24,000 bases of DNA, taken from the NCBI RefSeq assembly GCF_000423585.1, contig NZ_AUIG01000025.1, forward strand, positions 36,196 through 60,195, given 5' to 3'. Both the position numbers and the translations under genes were made by a program. This DNA comes from Salinimicrobium xinjiangense DSM 19287 (GTDB lineage: Bacteria > Bacteroidota > Bacteroidia > Flavobacteriales > Flavobacteriaceae). The notes under the pieces were generated by a model. It saw nothing but the letters and a program-made list of their open reading frames with translations, was not told the DNA's origin and searched no databases. Shown here piece by piece: positions 16,846-24,000 of the stretch. Position 1 is the first letter of the stretch. Each line of letters opens with the position of its first letter.

Positions 16846-18240
16846 TTAATAGTGATAATGCTCACTTTCCTTCATAAAAGGATTTCTCTTAGCCAATAAG
16901 GGGACTTTTGTAAGCGAATTGAAAACTACAAAAATAAACAATCCTCCAAAAAATGCCAGTCCACTTAACTCAGGAATACCTATAAACCAGGATTCACCCA
17001 CGGTTGCCGGCATTACCATTACATACACATCCAGATAGTGGCCTAAAAGGATAATTATTCCGGTCATTACCACAAACCAGTTCACTCGTTTGAAGTCACT
17101 ATTCATTAACAGTAAAAGGGGAAAGATAAAATTTAAGGCTACCATTCCAAAGAATACCAGTCCATAATCTTCTATTCTGGAAACGAAGTAGGTAACCTCC
17201 TCCGGAATGTTGGAATACCAGATCAACATAAACTGAGAGAACCAAAGATAAGTCCAGAAAATACTTATCCCGAACATAAATTTCGCCAGGTCATGAATAT
17301 GACTGTCGTTTACAAAAGGCAGGTAATTCCGTGACTTAAGGTAGATTGTTACCAGGGCAATTACTGTAATTCCCGAAACAAACATACTGGAGAATACATA
17401 CCATCCAAACAAGGTGCTAAACCAGTGCGGATCAAGACTCATGATCCAGTCCCAGGACATCATCGATTCAGTAACTATAAAGAACACAAGGAATCCTGCA
17501 GCAAGTTTGAAGTTTTTCTTAAACCATCTGTTATCTGTTGCGTCATCCTGTCTCAAGGAATTTCTTCTCATTAGATATCGGAAAAGGTTCCAGCCGGCGA
17601 TATAAATTGCAGCTCTTATAAGAAAGAAAGGAACATTAAGATATCCGCTTTTGTTACGTATGATCTCATCGTGTTCAACTACTTCGGGATCCATCCATAC
17701 AAAAAGGTGGTTGAGGTGTAATCCAGACAGAGCCAGGATCACAAATACTATGATACTACCGGGGAGCAGGTAAGCAGTAATGCCCTCCATAACTCTGAAA
17801 AGAACAGGAGACCATCCCGCCTGGGCGGCATATTGTACTGCGTAGAAGGCAAGAACTCCAAGTGCGATCATAAAGAAAAAGAATGCAGCAACATATAAGG
17901 CAGCCCATGGTTTGTTTTGTAATTGATGTAGAACATGCTCCAGGTGTTCCTGTTCATGGTCATCACCGGCTTTTATACTGGTATGCTCATCTGTACGTTC
18001 TGTATTTATTTCATGTTCTGAAGGCACAAAATCAAAGCCTTTTGCATCATCTTCCAGGTGATCTTCTGCCTGCCCCGTAATAGGTACATGTTCCTCTCCA
18101 TGTCCCCCATGAGATGCTATTATTTCTTTTACATCTTCTATGGAATCAGGCGCCGCAATAAATCCGTAGACCAAGCCCAACAGACCTACCACCATAAGAA
18201 TGATAGAAAATAATTTTAATTTACTGGATAGCGTGTACAT
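16846..18240 (-). CDS. actF: Alternative complex III subunit ActF (NrfD-like quinol:cytochrome c oxidoreductase membrane subunit 2)
   Basis: 464 aa and polytopic. Position between actE and ctaC matches the canonical flavobacterial ACIII order. It has an acidic/His-rich loop after TM1. Confidence 0.8.
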   Translation of the reverse strand: MYTLSSKLKLFSIILMVVGLLGLVYGFIAAPDSIEDVKEIIASHGGHGEEHVPITGQAEDHLEDDAKGFDFVPSEHEINTERTDEHTSIKAGDDHEQEHLEHVLHQLQNKPWAALYVAAFFFFMIALGVLAFYAVQYAAQAGWSPVLFRVMEGITAYLLPGSIIVFVILALSGLHLNHLFVWMDPEVVEHDEIIRNKSGYLNVPFFLIRAAIYIAGWNLFRYLMRRNSLRQDDATDNRWFKKNFKLAAGFLVFFIVTESMMSWDWIMSLDPHWFSTLFGWYVFSSMFVSGITVIALVTIYLKSRNYLPFVNDSHIHDLAKFMFGISIFWTYLWFSQFMLIWYSNIPEEVTYFVSRIEDYGLVFFGMVALNFIFPLLLLMNSDFKRVNWFVVMTGIIILLGHYLDVYVMVMPATVGESWFIGIPELSGLAFFGGLFIFVVFNSLTKVPLLAKRNPFMKESEHYHY

Positions 18241-18263
18241 ATTGTATAATATCTAATGTGCTG

Positions 18264-18938
18264 TTATTCTTGAGTTTCATCAATTGATTCATTTGCCGAC
18301 TCATCTTCCTTTACCTCCATGGTCTTTTCGGCATTTACGGGTGGAATGAGATCTTCTTCAGCTTCAAATTCCATTTCGGGGCCTCCCTCAAGATTATTCT
18401 TGAGATTCATTACGTAATGAGTAATGAGCCAACGTTCCTCAATAGAAGTCTGTGAAGCGTAGGATCCCATTGCGTTAAGGCCGTAATATTGTACATGATA
18501 AACTCCACCTTCAGTAATCGCTCTTCCTGCATCATCAAACCGGGGAATACCCAGGATCTTCTCTCTTTGCACCAAAATTCCCTGTCCATCTCCTTTGTCC
18601 CCGTGACATACCGCACAATAAACAGTAAACAGAGCTTTTCCCCTGGCAAGGTTCTTTTCGGTATATGGCAGCGGATTGGTAAGCTCTGCCTTGGCGGCAG
18701 CAAAACCTTCAGGATCATTTTCGTACTCGTATGGTCTCCAGCCTCTCGAAACAGTACCTTCCACAGGAAGTTTAGCCGACTGTTCATTGACGAAGACATC
18801 GTAAGCTCCATATGGTTCATAGCTCACAGTTTCGTGCATATTAGGCATATACTGGTAATTGGGCTTAGAGTTATCCATACAGGAAACAACACTAAGACCA
18901 AGCATGAATAATATGGATTTTCTAAATAAACTTTTCAT
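18264..18938 (-). CDS. actE: Alternative complex III monoheme cytochrome c subunit ActE (lipoprotein)
   Basis: Signal peptide with lipobox LSVVS|C. Single CxxCH motif (CAVCHGDKGDG). Acidic C-terminal tail. Confidence 0.82.
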   Translation of the reverse strand: MKSLFRKSILFMLGLSVVSCMDNSKPNYQYMPNMHETVSYEPYGAYDVFVNEQSAKLPVEGTVSRGWRPYEYENDPEGFAAAKAELTNPLPYTEKNLARGKALFTVYCAVCHGDKGDGQGILVQREKILGIPRFDDAGRAITEGGVYHVQYYGLNAMGSYASQTSIEERWLITHYVMNLKNNLEGGPEMEFEAEEDLIPPVNAEKTMEVKEDESANESIDETQE

Positions 18939-18943
18939 CGGGT

Positions 18944-19471
18944 TTATTTGTTATCTATTAATTTAATTTCTGAAGCTCCAGTCTTAAATAAAAAGTCGGT
19001 TAGCTCCTCTGCATCGTGATTCCCTAAAACTACCTCCATAAGGAAATGATCGTCTGTAGTTCTTACGTCCGGATTTTCAGCATTCTTAAAAGGCCACAGT
19101 TTACTTCTCATAAAGAAGGTAAAAACCATTAAGTGAGCCGCAAAGAATACAGTCAATTCGAACATAATAGGAACAAAGGCCGGCATATTCTGAAGAAAGC
19201 TAAAGCTTGGTTTTCCACCAATATCCATTGGCCAGTCTTCTATCATTATAAAATTCATCATGGCAATGGATACCAGAAGACCAATGATCCCATAAATAAA
19301 AGAGGTTATTGCCAGCCTGGTTGGAGCAAGTCCCATGGCTTTATCAAGACCATGTACCGGAAACGGAGTATAGATCTCTCCAATTCTGTAACGGGCTTCC
19401 CTTACCTGCCTTACTGCCTGCATTAGCAAGTCATCATCTGTATAAAGGGCGTGTATAACTTTAGATGCCAT
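18944..19471 (-). CDS. actD: Alternative complex III membrane subunit ActD (DUF3341-type)
   Basis: 175 aa with two central TM helices. It starts 2 nt after the actC stop. Order and size fit ActD. Confidence 0.8.
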   Translation of the reverse strand: MASKVIHALYTDDDLLMQAVRQVREARYRIGEIYTPFPVHGLDKAMGLAPTRLAITSFIYGIIGLLVSIAMMNFIMIEDWPMDIGGKPSFSFLQNMPAFVPIMFELTVFFAAHLMVFTFFMRSKLWPFKNAENPDVRTTDDHFLMEVVLGNHDAEELTDFLFKTGASEIKLIDNK

Positions 19472-19473
19472 TA

Positions 19474-21261
19474 TTATTTATTTTTAAGTTGGTTTGCCTG
19501 ATGGTTCCAGTCACCGCGGTTTTCGGCTGTTGGGAAATTGTCAATAACCCTGTCAAGCAATGTATAGTCGTCGAATGTAAGTCCGCTCACCTGTGAGTAA
19601 GTATAAATACCAACCTGGTGAAGCTTTTGTTCCATAACAGGACCTACTCCGTTTAATTTCTGAAGGTCATCTGCATGTTGAGTTGCCGGATCAAAAACTC
19701 CGATCCTGTGCAACATCTCATCAATTTTGTCTTTATCAACTTCGGAATCTGTCAGACCTTCTGTGTGAGTTGTAGGCTCATGTTCCTTTTTCTGATCGTA
19801 TTCATCTCTTTTGATCCATCCTCCCTCTACATTAGAAACAGGTTCTCTCACGATAGTATTTGTGTGATCTGCATGATCTCCATGCTCTTCACGTAATTTT
19901 TTATAACGGTCGCCCGAAGATTTAAGAATGGTCTTCACCTCTGCCTGTGCAATTACAGGGAAGGTTCTGGCATAAAGCAGGAACAGAACAAAGAAGAACC
20001 CTATCGTTCCAATGAAGATCCCTATATCTACAAAAGTTGGCGAGAACATAGTCCAGGAAGACGGAAGGTAATCCCTGTGAAGTGAAGTCACAATGATCAC
20101 AAAACGTTCAAACCACATTCCTATGTTTACCACAATAGAAATAAAGAAAGAGAACATAATACTGGTACGTAATTTTTTGAACCACATGAACTGCGGTGAA
20201 AATACGTTACAGGTCATCATCGCCCAGTAAGCCCACGCATAAGGTCCTGTAGCACGGTTAAGGAAAGCATATTGTTCGTACTCCACTCCGGAATACCAGG
20301 CCATAAATAATTCAGTAATATATGCGACACCCACGATGGAACCTGTGATCATAATTACAATGTTCATCAATTCGATGTGCTGTATAGTGATATAATCTTC
20401 AAGATTGGAAACCTTTCTCATGATAATGAGAAGTGTATTCACCATTGCAAACCCCGAGAAAATAGCTCCCGCAACGAAGTAGGGAGGGAAAATGGTAGTA
20501 TGCCATCCGGGAATTACCGAAGTTGCAAAGTCAAAGGATACAATAGTGTGTACAGAAAGTACAAGTGGAGTTGCCAAACCTGCCAAAACCAAAGAAACTT
20601 CTTCGAATCGCTGCCAGTCTTTTGCACGACCACTCCAGCCAAAACTGAGGATTCCGTAGATATGTTTTTGGAATGGCTTTATGGCCCTGTCCCTGATCAT
20701 TGCAAAATCCGGAAGAAGCCCTGTCCACCAGAATACTAGGGAAACAGAAAGATAAGTAGAGATAGCAAATACGTCCCAAAGCAGCGGGGAGTTAAAGTTC
20801 ACCCAAAGCGAACCGAACTGGTTAGGAATAGGTAATACCCAGTAAGCGAGCCATGGCCGTCCCATGTGAATAATTGGGAACAAACCTGCCTGAACTACCG
20901 AGAAAATGGTCATAGCCTCTGCAGACCGGTTAATTGCCATTCTCCATTTTTGGCGGAAAAGAAGAAGTACTGCCGAGATAAGTGTTCCCGCGTGGCCGAT
21001 ACCTACCCACCAAACAAAGTTAGTGATATCCCAGGCCCAACCTACGGTCCTGTTCAATCCCCATGTACCAATTCCCGTAGAAACGGTATATATAATACAA
21101 CCTAATCCCCAAAGGAAAGCTACCAGTGCAATAGAGAAAACAATCCACCATGACTTATTGGCCCGTCCTTCAACAGGGGCAGCCACATCTCTCGTGACAT
21201 CATGATAAGTCTTATCGCCAAGTACTAAAGGCTTTCGAATAGGTGCTTCGTAATGAGACAT
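19474..21261 (-). CDS. actC: Alternative complex III quinol-interacting subunit ActC (NrfD/PsrC family) with a ~145-aa C-terminal extension
   Basis: 595 aa. Roughly the first 450 residues are polytopic and NrfD-like (WWIVFSIALVAFLWGLG..., ...ARTFPVIAQAEVKTILK). They are followed by a hydrophilic tail ending in DDLQKLNGVGPVMEQKLHQVGIYTYSQV. Confidence 0.9.
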   Translation of the reverse strand: MSHYEAPIRKPLVLGDKTYHDVTRDVAAPVEGRANKSWWIVFSIALVAFLWGLGCIIYTVSTGIGTWGLNRTVGWAWDITNFVWWVGIGHAGTLISAVLLLFRQKWRMAINRSAEAMTIFSVVQAGLFPIIHMGRPWLAYWVLPIPNQFGSLWVNFNSPLLWDVFAISTYLSVSLVFWWTGLLPDFAMIRDRAIKPFQKHIYGILSFGWSGRAKDWQRFEEVSLVLAGLATPLVLSVHTIVSFDFATSVIPGWHTTIFPPYFVAGAIFSGFAMVNTLLIIMRKVSNLEDYITIQHIELMNIVIMITGSIVGVAYITELFMAWYSGVEYEQYAFLNRATGPYAWAYWAMMTCNVFSPQFMWFKKLRTSIMFSFFISIVVNIGMWFERFVIIVTSLHRDYLPSSWTMFSPTFVDIGIFIGTIGFFFVLFLLYARTFPVIAQAEVKTILKSSGDRYKKLREEHGDHADHTNTIVREPVSNVEGGWIKRDEYDQKKEHEPTTHTEGLTDSEVDKDKIDEMLHRIGVFDPATQHADDLQKLNGVGPVMEQKLHQVGIYTYSQVSGLTFDDYTLLDRVIDNFPTAENRGDWNHQANQLKNK

Positions 21262-21293
21262 ATGCTTTTATAATTGATTCTTTAATTTATTTA

Positions 21294-24000
21294 TTATGCT
21301 TCAGATGTATTACGGACCTTAGTCTGGTACATCACATTTGGCTTGGTACCAACATACTCCAGAGCATGGTACATCCTGTCATCCTCACTTAAAGCAGCTA
21401 TCTGGCTGGTTTCATCATTCACATCTCCAAAGATAATCGCACCTTTGTCACAGGCCGAAGAACAGGCAGTCTGGAATTCTCCGTCTGCAATAGCCCTACC
21501 TTCACGCTTGGCGTCAAGAATAGTTTTTTGAGTACGCTGTATACAGAAAGAACATTTCTCCATCACCCCTCTTGACCTTACGGTAACATCGGGATTCAAC
21601 ACCATACGACCAAGGTCGTTATTCATGTTGTAATCAAATTCGTCGTTCTTGTTATAAAGGAACCAGTTGAACCTTCTTACTTTGTAAGGACAGTTGTTTG
21701 CACAGTAGCGTGTACCAACACATCTGTTATAGATCATCTGGTTTTGTCCCTGGCGCCCGTGCATGGTAGCAGCAACAGGACAAACAGTTTCACAAGGGGC
21801 GTGGTTACAATGCTGACACAACATTGGCTGGAATACCACCTGCGGATTGTCTGATGCCATTTCCAGTTCTCCAAACTGAGAAAGCGCATCTCCCAGTCCG
21901 CTCATATTATCTTTCTTATCAATATCCTCCTGGAAAGTATCTTCAGAAGAATAGTAACGGTCAATTCTCAACCAGTGCATATCGCGGTACTTGCGCACCT
22001 CTTCTTTTCCTACTACAGGAACATTGTTTTCTGCATGACATGCAATCACACAGGCACCACAACCTGTACAGGCATTAAGATCTATCGACATCTTAAAATG
22101 ATGTCCTACAGAACGATCAAAGCCATCCCAAAGATCAACATCTGGTGAAGTAACAGGAGTTTCTATGTGGTTAAGTGAAACCTGAGGCATAGAATTCCAT
22201 ACATGTGAATCCTGACTATTGAAGATCTCAAGGGTGGTTTCCTTAACAATATCCTCTCTACCCATTAGGGTTGTATGCAGCTGAAGACAGGCAAACTTAT
22301 GCACTCCTCCCGCTTTTTCTATAGTAACTTTTTGATGAGGATTAAAATCCTTATAAAGAGGATAGGCGTTAACCCCTACCTGCATCTCACGTTGGATGCC
22401 CTCTTTTTTACCGTAACCCAAGGCAAGAGAAACAACTCCCCTGGCCTGTCCCGGCTGAATAAATACAGGAACTTTTTCAAGAACCGTATCTCCCACTTTT
22501 ATATTAACATAACTACCGTTCAATGCACCATTAGCCACGTGCTCGTTTTCAAGACCCAGCGCATCTGCGTCTGCCCTTGAAATTTTAAGGTAGTTATCCC
22601 ATGAAGCTCTTGTAATAGGATCGGGCATTTCCTGTAACCATGGATTGTTAGCCTGGTTACCACTACCCATTGCAACAGAAGTATACAACTCCAGCTCCAA
22701 ACCTTCTCCCTTTGCTGCAGAAAGATTTCTTACTGCAGTATTGTCATTACCCACTTGTGGCGCAGCTCCTTCAGTAGCTGAAACAGGAGAAGTACCTGCA
22801 GGCGCAGTTCCTTCAAATACACCATCATGGAGCGCATCGGTCCAGGAGCCATTCCCTATAGATCCTTCCCAGGTTTGTTTAAGGTAATCTACGTATGAAG
22901 TATTGTTATCACTCCATCTTAAAAGCGTATCCTGGAATTGGCTTGTATCAAATAAAGGTCGGATGGTAGGCTGCATAAGACCAAAGGAATTGGTCGTAAA
23001 CTGCACATCTCCCCAGCTTTCAAGGTAGTGAGGTGTTGCCGCAACATAATCAGACAAAAGTGCCGTTTCATCCTTCTTCATTGAGAAGGAAACTTTTAGA
23101 TCTATATTATTAAGACCCTCGATAAACTCATCGGCAAATGGCAAACTGTATGCAGGATTAACACCAGCTACAAGGATCGCCCCAACACTCCCGGCTTTCA
23201 TATCAGCAACGAGTTGCTTAACCTGGGCAGCGTTACCCTGCCTCATCATTCTTGGATTGGCAGTATCCATTACTCCGCTTCCAAGGGATTCATTCATAGA
23301 AAGCACAAGAGACTGAGCATCTACATCGGGAATACCTGAAACTACAACCGCACCCCTACCTGCTTTTCGCAGTTGACGCGCAGCTTTAACAAGTGCATCA
23401 TCAATATGCGCCGGAAGATCACTAGTAGAAGAACCACCTGTCACATATCCATGAAGGGCAGCAAGAGCAGCTCTTTGTTGTGAAAGAGTTAATGGAACTC
23501 TTTTATCGGCGTTGGCTCCCGTAAGGGAGAAATTAGATTCAAACTGAATGTGACGGGACATTTTTCCTTCCTGCGGAATACGACCCTTAGCGTAGGCGGC
23601 ATCGTATCCACCCCCGGCCCAATCTCCAAGGAAATCGGCACCAATAGAAACTATCATTTCAGCTTTTGAGAAATCATAGTTTGGAAGGGCTCTTCTTCCG
23701 TAGCGCGACTGGAAAGCATCCAGCGCTGCATCTTCAGAAACAGTGTCATATACCACATGACGTACATTGCCGTACTTCTGAGAAAATTCATTAATGATCT
23801 TTGTGGTAGAAGGACTTGCAAAGGTTTGGGTCAATAATACGATCTGACCATTCACACTGTTAAGTTTCTCTTTTACCTCACGATCCAATTGCTCCCAGGA
23901 AACCACTTCCCCGTTAGCAAGCGGCCTTTGAAGCCTTTTATTATCATAAAGGGATAAAACAGAGGCGTGCACACGTGCATTTGCTCCTGTATTACCCATT
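21294..24000 (-). CDS. actB: Alternative complex III subunit ActB (molybdopterin-oxidoreductase-like domain fused to a 4-cluster Fe-S domain); 5' end beyond the window
   Basis: The frame is still open at the window edge. The C-terminal part has CTGCGACVIACHAENN, CQHCNHAPCETVCP, CVGTRYCANNCPYKVRRFNW and CSFCIQR cluster motifs. The N-terminal part is DMSO-reductase-family-like. Confidence 0.9.
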   Translation of the reverse strand, partial: MGNTGANARVHASVLSLYDNKRLQRPLANGEVVSWEQLDREVKEKLNSVNGQIVLLTQTFASPSTTKIINEFSQKYGNVRHVVYDTVSEDAALDAFQSRYGRRALPNYDFSKAEMIVSIGADFLGDWAGGGYDAAYAKGRIPQEGKMSRHIQFESNFSLTGANADKRVPLTLSQQRAALAALHGYVTGGSSTSDLPAHIDDALVKAARQLRKAGRGAVVVSGIPDVDAQSLVLSMNESLGSGVMDTANPRMMRQGNAAQVKQLVADMKAGSVGAILVAGVNPAYSLPFADEFIEGLNNIDLKVSFSMKKDETALLSDYVAATPHYLESWGDVQFTTNSFGLMQPTIRPLFDTSQFQDTLLRWSDNNTSYVDYLKQTWEGSIGNGSWTDALHDGVFEGTAPAGTSPVSATEGAAPQVGNDNTAVRNLSAAKGEGLELELYTSVAMGSGNQANNPWLQEMPDPITRASWDNYLKISRADADALGLENEHVANGALNGSYVNIKVGDTVLEKVPVFIQPGQARGVVSLALGYGKKEGIQREMQVGVNAYPLYKDFNPHQKVTIEKAGGVHKFACLQLHTTLMGREDIVKETTLEIFNSQDSHVWNSMPQVSLNHIETPVTSPDVDLWDGFDRSVGHHFKMSIDLNACTGCGACVIACHAENNVPVVGKEEVRKYRDMHWLRIDRYYSSEDTFQEDIDKKDNMSGLGDALSQFGELEMASDNPQVVFQPMLCQHCNHAPCETVCPVAATMHGRQGQNQMIYNRCVGTRYCANNCPYKVRRFNWFLYNKNDEFDYNMNNDLGRMVLNPDVTVRSRGVMEKCSFCIQRTQKTILDAKREGRAIADGEFQTACSSACDKGAIIFGDVNDETSQIAALSEDDRMYHALEYVGTKPNVMYQTKVRNTSEA

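Noticed and set aside
18410-18911. 136-aa (minus) and 140-aa (plus) ORFs overlapping actE
   Set aside because: The actE frame carries the signal peptide, lipobox and CxxCH motif. These alternative frames have no features.
1-24000. Search for CRISPR arrays, tRNA/rRNA genes, integrase or att sites, toxin-antitoxin or defence-system gene pairs
   Set aside because: None found. Every intergenic gap over 40 bp is accounted for by terminators, promoter boxes, the palindrome array or REP-type elements, and all long ORFs have ordinary housekeeping, respiratory or enzyme assignments.

Overview
The window reads as a Flavobacteriia-type (Bacteroidota) chromosomal segment. I infer this from an SprA/T9SS gene, an alternative-complex-III (ACIII) plus aa3 oxidase operon, and TAnnTTTG-type -7 promoter boxes. 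I support 17 CDS, and every one is on the minus strand. In coordinate order they are: sprA (5' part, missing from the ORF track because its stop lies off-window), ruvA, maeB, a GH37 trehalase, queG, a BBE/VAO-type FAD oxidase, a cytochrome P450, a REP-associated tyrosine transposase (RAYT), ruvB, then ctaD, ctaC, actF, actE, actD, actC and actB (5' end off-window). I saw no tRNA, rRNA or CRISPR. Three longest-ORF starts in the track (5929, 8044, 9048) are TTG extensions that I think are wrong. I do not see a convincing new multi-gene system, because most of the window is core housekeeping and respiration. These deserve a second look: (1) a RAYT bracketed by two inverted REP hairpins between ruvB and the P450; (2) a gene-less, decayed REP doublet on the other side of the P450; (3) a tandem array of related palindromes between the trehalase gene and maeB; (4) a ~145-aa C-terminal extension on ActC ending in an HhH/H3TH-like module; (5) a secreted bacterial trehalase carrying a fungal neutral-trehalase-type Ca-binding motif. 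All calls come from reading the sequence and translations, and no searches were run.
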